Assembly: GCA_048881705.1 (NCBI GenBank)
Contig: JBHLSH010000088.1
Location: 1-14,844 of the forward strand
Length of the DNA stretch: 14,844 nucleotides
Reading direction: 5' to 3'
From: Candidatus Heimdallarchaeota archaeon
Lineage (GTDB): Archaea; Asgardarchaeota; Heimdallarchaeia; Hodarchaeales; Hodarchaeaceae
The notes beneath the pieces were generated by a model. That model saw nothing but the letters and a program-made list of their open reading frames with translations. It did not search any database and was not told the DNA's origin. Below are positions 7,867 to 14,844 of the stretch, in pieces. The position numbers and the translations under genes are program-made. Within the stretch, counting starts at the first letter, position 1. Each line of letters begins with the position of its first letter.

Positions 7867-8007
7867 ATCCGCACAGTAACCATTTATATTGATGAAAAAG
7901 ACATCGATGCAATGGCGAAACTTGTTCGAAAAGGGAAGTATCCCAACCGCTCAGAATTCGTCCGTTCGGCCATCCGTGAGTTAATAGATAGACATCAACC
8001 TAGTTAA
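7867..8007 (+). CDS. Ribbon-helix-helix (CopG/Arc/MetJ-like) DNA-binding protein; start codon uncertain
   Basis: 'IRTVTIYIDE...LVRKGKYPNRSEFVRSAIRELI' is a typical archaeal RHH. The ORF track start is TTG 7762. The domain itself begins at ATC 7867, 7 nt after AGGGGT. Confidence 0.8.
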   Translation: MRTVTIYIDEKDIDAMAKLVRKGKYPNRSEFVRSAIRELIDRHQPS

Positions 8008-8015
8008 GCGTTTAA

Positions 8016-8954
8016 CTAAGCACTGGGCAAGCGCTCAATCGCTTTACTAAGAAGGGGAATCACACTAACAATCGTCATCCCATCAAAATTTGTTTTGATA
8101 CTGTCTGAGGTAATCGCCAAACGTGGTTTGGATTCTAATATCCGCTTAAGCCTTTCAGCCGTGTGTACAGGGTGTGTATAAAGGAAATAGATATCCATTG
8201 CCCCTTTTTCTCTGAGAAGTTCTGCGGCTCCTATCATAGTTCCCCCTGAGCTTACTAGATCATCAACAATCACGACAGGATGCCCTTCCACGGGGACATC
8301 AATTCCCATAAATGTCTGAGTAATTATTCCTGTTTCACGGTCTCGCTTTTTCTTCAAAGCTCCAAAATAGGGGGATCCAAGACCCTGGGCGGCCTCTTTG
8401 GCCAATAATAGCGCGCCTTCGTCAGGTGAGAAACATAGTGCCTCCTCAGGCGAGCCCAATTGTGATTTCAGTGCTCGAGCTAAAGTAGGAATGGCTGATA
8501 ACCCCACTGCATACGAACTGGAGAAAAAGTGGTCGAGTTCGATCTTTCCATATGAATGCGAATTGATTGTGATGAAATAATCTATCCCTGCGGCCTCTAA
8601 AGTTTGACCCAGATAACGACTGGAAAACGGCTCTCCACCACGGAATTCTGTGTCCTGACGGGAATATATATGATATGGCATAATGCAGGTAAGTTTTGCA
8701 GGTTGATAACGTTTCACATTGTAGAGTGTCCAGAGTAAAGAGACCAAGTATTGGTTGGCACATTGACCCTGTTCTAATTGTAGAGCCACAACTGCATGAG
8801 TATCTTTGAGTAAACTAGCATCGGGTATCAATATTCGGGGACATACCTCTCCGTCAGGAAAGATACGCTCTTCAAGTTGGAAAAATCTCGCTGATGAGAT
8901 TTCTTCTGCTATTTTACCTGCGAACGTCTCCTGTCCAATAATAACCTTTTTCAA
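8016..8954 (-). CDS. prs: Ribose-phosphate pyrophosphokinase (PRPP synthetase), archaeal type; TTG start
   Basis: 'FPDGE', 'MPYHIYSRQD', 'SPDEGA', 'KKRD', PRTase loop 'VDDLVSSGGTM', and 'THPV'. A GAGGAG SD lies at 8971-8966. Confidence 0.95.
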   Translation of the reverse strand: MKKVIIGQETFAGKIAEEISSARFFQLEERIFPDGEVCPRILIPDASLLKDTHAVVALQLEQGQCANQYLVSLLWTLYNVKRYQPAKLTCIMPYHIYSRQDTEFRGGEPFSSRYLGQTLEAAGIDYFITINSHSYGKIELDHFFSSSYAVGLSAIPTLARALKSQLGSPEEALCFSPDEGALLLAKEAAQGLGSPYFGALKKKRDRETGIITQTFMGIDVPVEGHPVVIVDDLVSSGGTMIGAAELLREKGAMDIYFLYTHPVHTAERLKRILESKPRLAITSDSIKTNFDGMTIVSVIPLLSKAIERLPSA

Positions 8955-9091
8955 GATGAGTATAACTCCTCTACTTGCTTCCTAATCAGCTGCTGTTTCG
9001 GGCCAATACACCTTATTTATCCTTAAAATGATACTCAAAATGACTCATCTTCTTATCTTAATCAACTTATCTGGAAGGAAAGGTCTATGCT

Positions 9092-10357
9092 ATGTCAGTA
9101 GATACCCCAGAAAAGCGTTCGAGCTGGTTGACACGTAATGTTGTTTTATTGGGATTGGTGTCGTTTCTGGCCGATGTTTCTGGGGAAATGATGACCCCCA
9201 TCCTTCCCCTCTATCTCGCCGCTCTCGGGGGATCAGGACTAGTTATTGGATTTATTGGGGGCCTTGGAGATGCAGTAGCAAATATCGTAAAAGTGTTTTC
9301 AGGATATCTTGCGGATCAAACGGGGAAAAGACGTCAATTGATTGCAGTAGGTTATGGTATCCCCTTCTTTGCCAAGTTAGGTATCGGTTTGAGTCAATCC
9401 TGGGAACAAGTCGCGGTATTAAAACCGATCGAACGATTAGGAAAGGGAATTCGAGGGGCCCCACGAGATTCTTTACTTGCAGACAGTGTTTCAATTCAGT
9501 TACGTGGCAAATCTTTCGGATTTCATCGGATGATGGATACTGCAGGGGCAATTCTCGGCTCCATGATTACTTTAGGAATCGTAATTGCGCTGTTTTCGAA
9601 TGTCGAAGAAGAATCCTCCCTCTTACGGCTCATTATCATCCTTTCTTCTTTCATTTCACTATTTGCCGTGGTTCCTATTATTTTTCTTTCAAGCCCTATC
9701 TATAGTAGCGAGAAAAAGACCCCAATCGTCACTGGTTTTTTTCAAAACCTCAAAAACTTACCTAGGGACTATTACCTGTTTTTGGTTATTTCGGTCATCT
9801 TTGGTCTCGCCAATTTTACCATTCTTCTATTTATTCTCCACACAAGGTCTATTCTTGCAGGTACCGTCGGTTTCACAGATACTCCTTTTAATCAATTGAC
9901 AATGACGCTTGCGCTTTTTATCTGGTTCAATGTAGCGTATAGTGGACTTTCCATCCCATTCGGCGGCTGGTCTGATCGTTATGGACGTAAAAAGGTTTTT
10001 GGTTTGGGATTAGTCCTTTTCATTATTACCTGCCTAATTTTTGTATCCACCACCTATCTTCTTGCTCTTATTCTAGCTTTTGGTATCTATGGGGCCTTTT
10101 ATGCCGCTACGGACGGTGTTCAAAAGGCTTATACGGTGGATTTACTCCCTTCAGCCCTTAAGGGCACAGGGATTGGGCTTCTCCAGACTAGTATGGGACT
10201 CGCAGGGCTCACAGGGGGGATTATCGCAGGTTTACTATATGAGATAGCTTTTCCTTTGCCATTCTTATTTGGTGCTCTGCTTTCAGCAGTTGCGCTCCTC
10301 ATTCTTCTGTTGGGTAACATCAGATCTCATCCCCAAAAAACACCGGTTTCTGATTAG
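9092..10357 (+). CDS. Major facilitator superfamily transporter
   Basis: Two MFS repeats with motif A ('SGYLADQTGKRR', 'GGWSDRYGRKK'), 'ERLGKGIRGAPRD', and about 12 TM helices. Confidence 0.92.
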   Translation: MSVDTPEKRSSWLTRNVVLLGLVSFLADVSGEMMTPILPLYLAALGGSGLVIGFIGGLGDAVANIVKVFSGYLADQTGKRRQLIAVGYGIPFFAKLGIGLSQSWEQVAVLKPIERLGKGIRGAPRDSLLADSVSIQLRGKSFGFHRMMDTAGAILGSMITLGIVIALFSNVEEESSLLRLIIILSSFISLFAVVPIIFLSSPIYSSEKKTPIVTGFFQNLKNLPRDYYLFLVISVIFGLANFTILLFILHTRSILAGTVGFTDTPFNQLTMTLALFIWFNVAYSGLSIPFGGWSDRYGRKKVFGLGLVLFIITCLIFVSTTYLLALILAFGIYGAFYAATDGVQKAYTVDLLPSALKGTGIGLLQTSMGLAGLTGGIIAGLLYEIAFPLPFLFGALLSAVALLILLLGNIRSHPQKTPVSD

Positions 10358-10491
10358 GTTTGTTATATTAACCAAATGAAAGAACCAAAATTAGAGTCAG
10401 TGTTCTTATCGGACGAACAGCCAAATAAAGCGTCAGGTACTCACCTGTTCTGGACGAAATTTCCGTAAAAAAAAATGGAGTTAAATCTGAA

Positions 10492-11172
10492 TTGGCGCTA
10501 CATCCTCCAGCTGTCCATTTTCCCATTGGAGCTTGGTTTGTTACCACTCTCACGCTTTTGATGGCACTCTGGATCAATTTTTTCCAAAAAAGAGGTATTA
10601 TTGATTTCGAAAGCCGGTTTGGCGAAAATATTGTATCTCGACTCGATTTTGTGGCGCATGTGTGTGGAATAATTGGACTAGTTGGAGTCTTGCCAGCAAC
10701 ATACCTCGGACTTATCGATGCATCCGGAATCATTAATCCTAATCCATTGGATATTAATACCGTATTACTAGGGTTAACCAATAGTTTTCAAGATGACCTT
10801 CTAACGATTAAGGTAATAGGAGCTCTTGTGGGAATGCAATTATTTATCATAGCAGGAGCCTTACGGTTCATTGTCGTAACGGTCAACCATGCCGACATAT
10901 ATGAAGCGAGGACCCTCATCCAAGTTCTCTATGGAGGTTCTACATTCATTGGATTTGGAGTCATTCTTTTGGTTGGAGCTGTAGGGGGTATAATTGTGTA
11001 CGACGAATCTCTGCTTGAAACATTACCATTCATAGATGTCTTGATCTACGAAGCAGAGATCACCTTAATACCTATTCTAATGATTATTGCGATTGTTTTT
11101 ACGTTTATGTTAATTATTTCGGTCTTTCTTTTCAAACAGGGAAGAGATGCCATTAATAAGACGACTGAATAG
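10492..11172 (+). CDS. DUF2231-like membrane protein (about 5 TM); TTG start
   Basis: N-terminal 'LHPPAVHFPIG' and later 'GAVGGIIVY' match the DUF2231 pattern (HP..VHFP ... GG.LVY). A GGAG lies upstream at 10477-10480. Confidence 0.7.
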   Translation: MALHPPAVHFPIGAWFVTTLTLLMALWINFFQKRGIIDFESRFGENIVSRLDFVAHVCGIIGLVGVLPATYLGLIDASGIINPNPLDINTVLLGLTNSFQDDLLTIKVIGALVGMQLFIIAGALRFIVVTVNHADIYEARTLIQVLYGGSTFIGFGVILLVGAVGGIIVYDESLLETLPFIDVLIYEAEITLIPILMIIAIVFTFMLIISVFLFKQGRDAINKTTE

Positions 11173-11662
11173 ATCATTAAGGCCTTACTGTTGCTATACT
11201 TGTGACTGTTATATTATCAGGCTGTTTCATGTCTTCTCGCACAATACTCCCAGCATTCTCTCACGCAAGGGGTCAAAAATCTGAATAAAGTGAGAAGAAT
11301 CAATAAAAAATGTGCAGAAAAAGGGCGGTTAGTAGGATATTTCATCCTTTGAGACAAAAAATCCTGTGCATTTGAGAAAGAAAAAACTGTGATCTTGTTA
11401 TTTCCTAGGCCTAACCTTTCTCCAATCTCTCTCTTCGGCCATACAACTATTTATTATTGTTTCTACCTGTAAATTTTGAAAAACTCATCAAATTGAGGAA
11501 TAAGAAGAAAATTCCGAACTTGTGTAGACCCCTTCTCACTATCTTTTACACCCTTATTTGTCAGGTTTTCTCTGTCTTTTTAATGTATGTGAAAATCAGA
11601 AGATATTCGGAAGACGCTCCCCCTTGCGTTTCCTTATAACTCCTCCTTAAATTATAATCGTT

Positions 11663-13345
11663 TTGGCCGCCTCTCAGCCTTTCTGTTCCGAATTCATACA
11701 TTCTTTGTGTCAAAATAATGGTTCTTACGATCATGAGTCAGAGATCTTCGCTGTTTTTAAAAGGACTTTATTAAGTCACAGCAAGCTATTTATTATTTCA
11801 GCTCAATCTCAGTGCTATTTGGAAACTTCGGAGAGAAGTGAGGTGGTTTGGCTAAGAGAGACACACAAAAAGCTTCTCCAAACGGTCATAGATCAGCTTC
11901 CCCCATATATCGAACGCTATTCTCTGGAAGAACAAGAATTATTAACTGCGTTCTTTGAGACTTTGAAGTACTATGAGGAAGCGGACTCCCAACGTGAGAG
12001 GCTTTCAAAGCGGTTTCTAGACTATAATCGCCAGTATTACCAGACTCGAATATATCTAAAATATCCGTTTCTGTGGTTTTCGATTGCCTATTTTGCCACT
12101 GCAAACCTTATGATTTCGCTAGCTAAGTACGATGGCAGGAGTTTTTATGCCTATTTAGCTAGACCCTTCAGACGACATTCCCAGTCCGAAGGGGGGTTTT
12201 TACTTGTTAAGAATCAAACTCCCCTCGAATCCCAATTATGGGAACAGCTCCAAATAATTTGTGCTAGAATTGAGTTAAACCTTACAGAAGCACAATTACT
12301 AGTTTTAAAGAATGTCTATCAGACCATTAAAGAGCGTGGCATCCATTCATTACATTCGCGGCAGCTAAAGAAGCAGATCACTACAGACACTCATTCGTTT
12401 CCAATGATGCGGGAACTGGCCAATTTCTTCAAATTACTTGGGTCTAAATGGGATTTGTGGTTTTATGCGCCAGCTTTTGACTTGAAATATCTCTACTTTC
12501 ATCTTAAACTTGCAGAAAACACGCCTTTAACGAAAATCATTGATTTCCAAAACCCTAAAAATCGAACTCTTTGTGCGAGCCGAATCCATCGTGTTCCAGA
12601 CCGAGAAAATGAATACTCAGGATATTTGGTCATCCCTGAGCCCTTCCTTGAGGATCTCAAAGGGTTCTTGGCATATAATAAACATATTCGCAGAGTAGTT
12701 AAGCTGGAAATGGACGAGATTCTTACCGAGCGGGTCTCGTTCTCCTTAGCTCGCTATTCGCCAGGCAAGGGGTGGCAAGAGCGTTCCCCTCCTAGTTCCA
12801 TCGCTCAGGACTATAATCGCTATATTACGCCTGAATTCAATCAAACCTGGCATTACACGCAGTTTTCTGATCCGCTGGCCCTTATCCAGTTCTTCTGTCG
12901 GCACAAGGCGATCTATTATTTTGAAGACCTACCTTTGGATCCAGTACCCGTAAAACGCCAAACCCGTGAAACTGTCAAACAAGCCGCAGATGAAAGAGGT
13001 TTGCTGAAATTTTTATTTGAGAAAAAGGTATGCGTGCTTGCGTTTGACTCACCACGACTACATTACCTATATTCCCCCTATTTATTCGAGGTACGATTAC
13101 CCGTCTCTTCTTTAGATGCTCTTAACCAAATAGTTTCTGGACTGCCCTTTGTTCGAATATTTTTCGCGGAGGAACAGCTTTTTCTCTGGGCGTTTTTGAC
13201 TGCGAAAGATGTCGAGAGCCTCGAAACAGAATATAATTGTCAGATTCAACATGTAATTTCCTACCACTATCCGCAGAGGCTGCAATTTTTGTGGTATGAT
13301 TCAAGGAAATTTACTTGGCATCCCCCTAGTATCTTAACAAGTTAA
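11663..13345 (+). CDS. Hypothetical soluble protein, 560 aa; possibly divergent tandem wHTH/Lrp-AsnC-like modules
   Basis: A 1.68-kb open frame is unlikely by chance. The domain guess comes from 'LTEAQLLVLKNV' and paired Y-x(5-6)-W motifs. The start is uncertain. Confidence 0.7.
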   Translation: MAASQPFCSEFIHSLCQNNGSYDHESEIFAVFKRTLLSHSKLFIISAQSQCYLETSERSEVVWLRETHKKLLQTVIDQLPPYIERYSLEEQELLTAFFETLKYYEEADSQRERLSKRFLDYNRQYYQTRIYLKYPFLWFSIAYFATANLMISLAKYDGRSFYAYLARPFRRHSQSEGGFLLVKNQTPLESQLWEQLQIICARIELNLTEAQLLVLKNVYQTIKERGIHSLHSRQLKKQITTDTHSFPMMRELANFFKLLGSKWDLWFYAPAFDLKYLYFHLKLAENTPLTKIIDFQNPKNRTLCASRIHRVPDRENEYSGYLVIPEPFLEDLKGFLAYNKHIRRVVKLEMDEILTERVSFSLARYSPGKGWQERSPPSSIAQDYNRYITPEFNQTWHYTQFSDPLALIQFFCRHKAIYYFEDLPLDPVPVKRQTRETVKQAADERGLLKFLFEKKVCVLAFDSPRLHYLYSPYLFEVRLPVSSLDALNQIVSGLPFVRIFFAEEQLFLWAFLTAKDVESLETEYNCQIQHVISYHYPQRLQFLWYDSRKFTWHPPSILTS

Positions 13346-14032
13346 AACGCCATTTCAGAGCGGAATCGAACGGGATTTTTTGAGTGAACAAGAGCCCACT
13401 TTGAAAATGTAGAACGACATATCAACTTTGTGATACTTATCAAAAAACAGAGCCACGTCTAGATTTTCCGCTTTTATTGGTTTTTGGCATGGGTGGGAGA
13501 GAGCGTAGTCAAAACTAATTTTCACTATTCCTCCCCCATCTGATGCTTTTCATTTGTATTTTCTGACCCTCCTCTCGAAACTGGCACGAGACACTGATTC
13601 ATCCAGATACTAAAACCTCAGGACTTTTACAGTAATTTACTCTGTAAATACTCAAGATTCCGAGATACAAAGAAAATTTGGGTATTTAAATTATGGCTAG
13701 TCAATGCTGGGGTGAAATAATCGCGTAATCCTGTAATCAAATTGACCAAAGGAGGTCAGAGCGATGCCCCCAGAAGAACCAACCAGCCAATAGATGACAA
13801 TCAAGAACCCTCCTCTTGCTTCTTTTTTTCTCCAAAATTAGTGAAAACTCCATCTCTCTTAGCGAGGTTATTAATGGCCGTATTTGAAATCGAATCCCAT
13901 TCAGAATTCGGGCATAGTTTTCTTCGTGGAGAGGAACCCCACTACTAGAGGAAGTCGAATGAACGTCTCCCAAGTGTTATCTGGATTTGGCTTGTCCATT
14001 TTGTTCCACTGATTGGTTTCATTCACAAATGC

Positions 14033-14080
14033 TTTTGTCTTATCAGAATTTTTTTGTCTCGGCATAGTTTTTTTTTGTCT
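14033..14080 (+). repeat. Three direct copies of TTTTGTCT at 19- and 21-nt spacing
   Basis: Copies at 14033-14040, 14052-14059 and 14073-14080. Confidence 0.6.
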
Positions 14081-14101
14081 CATGACATTTGAATAAAGAA
14101 A

Positions 14102-14205
14102 CGGGCGCAGAGGGACTTTCACTGTGCAATCGAAATTGCCACAGCTTTGAACCCCCGACCAATGGGTTAAAAGCCCATCGCTCTACCTAGCTGAGCTATG
14201 CGCCC
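14102..14205 (-). tRNA. tRNA-Lys(TTT) with a T-loop intron at 59/60 (14145-14116, 30 nt); mature 74 nt
   Basis: GGGCGCA/TGCGCCC acceptor and ATGGG-CTTTTAA-CCCAT anticodon arm. Strict BHB: TTCA/TGAA central helix with bulges AA|G and AG|T; intron hairpin CTGT-G-GCAAT(TTCG)ATTGC-ACAG. Splicing restores the T-loop TTCAAAT. Confidence 0.95.
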
Positions 14206-14231
14206 TGGACGTCTTCCACTGCTAGAAATGT

Positions 14232-14379
14232 TGGCGCCCCGAGCGGGAGTTTCAGATCGAGTGAAAAACTCAAATCTTTTGAACCCGCGTCGGATGGGCT
14301 CTGTAGGCCGTCGAAAAGACAATATTAACGAAATGCCTTTGACAGCCATCAATGCTAGACCGGACTACACCATCGGGGC
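14232..14379 (-). tRNA. tRNA-Asp(GTC) with two introns: canonical 37/38 (14339-14299, 41 nt) and T-loop 59/60 (14277-14249, 29 nt); CCA encoded
   Basis: GCCCCGA/TCGGGGC acceptor followed by G-CCA. BHB 1: CTGT/ACAG, bulges CA|A and AG|C, flank AGGC/GCCT. BHB 2: TTCA/TGAA, bulges AA|A and AC|T, flank GAT/ATC. Mature length 75 nt plus CCA. Confidence 0.95.
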
Positions 14380-14532
14380 TCATATTCAACAAATCGTCTT
14401 TATTAGAGGCAATAATTCAGAGAAGATCTCCTTTTGGGACTGAATTTCGCAGATATATTAATTTTCTTCGTATTCTATGAATTTCAAAAGCGGTTAAGAG
14501 GATGGGAAGGCAAGATCAATAAAAATAGTGAA

Positions 14533-14635
14533 TGCTCCGACCGGGATTTGAACCCGGGTATCCTCCTTCACATCAAATCAGTGAAGTCTTAGGGGTGAGA
14601 GCCCTAAATGATGGGCCAAGCTACACTATCGGAGC
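14533..14635 (-). tRNA. tRNA-Glu(CTC) with a variable-loop intron at 45/46 (14587-14560, 28 nt); mature 75 nt
   Basis: GCTCCGA/TCGGAGC acceptor and TAGGG-CTCTCAC-CCCTA anticodon arm. The insert has a CTTCAC/GTGAAG stem. Relaxed BHB: CCTA/GAGG (3 of 4 pairs) with bulges AG|A and AT|A. Removal restores a 4-nt AGAC variable loop. The exact junction is set by the BHB cleavage rule. Confidence 0.9.
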
Positions 14636-14668
14636 ATGACATATCTAGGAGTCATATTGTCAGTGGAG

Positions 14669-14828
14669 TGCTGGGAGGGGGATTTGAACCCCCGACTTCG
14701 GGATTTCTCCTCTGTTGCGCATATATTGCCCTATAAATTGTATGAGAATAGATCTCAGATTATGAGTCCCGCGCTATAGGCGCAAACTCGACCAAACCAG
14801 GTGCTATACCAGGCTAAGCCACCCCAGC
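14669..14828 (-). tRNA. Elongator tRNA-Met(CAT) with two introns: D-arm 22/23 (14805-14776, 30 nt) and canonical 37/38 (14760-14705, 56 nt); mature 74 nt
   Basis: GCTGGGG/TCCCAGC acceptor with G1-C72, so not the initiator. Spliced anticodon arm CGGGA-CTCATAA-TCCCG. BHBs: TGGT/GCCT with AT|A bulges and GCA/TGC flank; CTCA/GGAG with TA|A and AA|A bulges and TCTG/CAGA flank. Elongator Met rather than Ile2 is inferred from the acceptor stem. Confidence 0.9.
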
Positions 14829-14844
14829 GTCACGAGATGACTCA

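Noticed and set aside
738-13304. The many 60-137 aa ORFs nested in or antisense to the long genes (e.g. 4333..4689, 8446..8763, 9585..9899, 10368..10781)
   Set aside because: They overlap well-supported genes and show no motifs; they are expected shadow frames.
13355-13380. TTCGATT T-loop-like sequence on the minus strand as a tRNA remnant or att site
   Set aside because: No T-stem can form and it does not match any tRNA 3' end in the window.
13751-13793. Strong SD GGAGGT followed by ATG at 13764
   Set aside because: The frame closes after 9 codons (MPPEEPTSQ) and continues with repeated stops. The neighbouring 68-78 aa ORFs (13737..14122) have no recognisable features.
11350-14082. 12-nt inverted repeat TGAGACAAAAAA (11350-11361 / 14071-14082) flanking the 560-aa gene as mobile-element ends
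   Set aside because: It is low complexity, 12-mer matches are expected by chance in 15 kb, and there is no transposase or target-site duplication.
14167-14443. ORFs 14167..14352 (-) and 14198..14443 (+)
   Set aside because: They run across the tRNA-Lys and tRNA-Asp genes and have no recognisable protein features.
14560-14587. Reading the tRNA-Glu insert as a long (type II) variable arm
   Set aside because: tRNA-Glu is class I. The insert is bounded by BHB-type 3-nt bulges, and its removal restores a normal 4-nt loop.
14705-14760. Box C/D guide RNA or nested intron (CATA/TATG helix) in the Met anticodon intron
   Set aside because: A CTGA is present but there is no RTGATGA box C. The CATA/TATG helix lacks flanking helices.
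14647-14843. Leader/trailer complementarity around tRNA-Met (GAGTCAT/ATGACTC) as a sign of a permuted or circularising tRNA
   Set aside because: It forms a continuous 7-bp helix without bulges, the gene is in normal order, and the window ends 16 nt upstream.

Overview
Archaeal chromosomal housekeeping region. Evidence: bulge-helix-bulge (BHB) tRNA introns, ribosomal protein eL40 and archaeal tRNA identity elements. An Asgard-like affinity is inferred from eukaryote-like motifs in the presenilin and eL40, not proven. Protein genes: two MFS transporters, rpl40e (53 aa, missed by the ORF track), a degenerate MazG-like protein, a presenilin-family intramembrane protease, thiL, trmJ, an MtaB/CDKAL1-type methylthiotransferase, a ribbon-helix-helix protein, prs, a DUF2231-like membrane protein and a 560-aa orphan. 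Six minus-strand tRNA genes were folded by hand: Gly-GCC, Leu-TAA, and a Met-CAT/Glu-CTC/Asp-GTC/Lys-TTT cluster. Five of the six carry BHB-type introns, eight in total. Five introns are at non-canonical sites in the D-arm (21/22, 22/23), variable loop (45/46) and T-loop (59/60, twice), and three genes carry two introns each. Other highlights: a presenilin with eukaryotic gamma-secretase-type loop motifs, a co-oriented mtaB-tRNA-Leu-trmJ-tRNA-Gly unit, an MFS with a signal peptide and N-terminal His motif, and an RHH gene with no suitably placed AUG start. No CRISPR array, transposase or integrase was seen.
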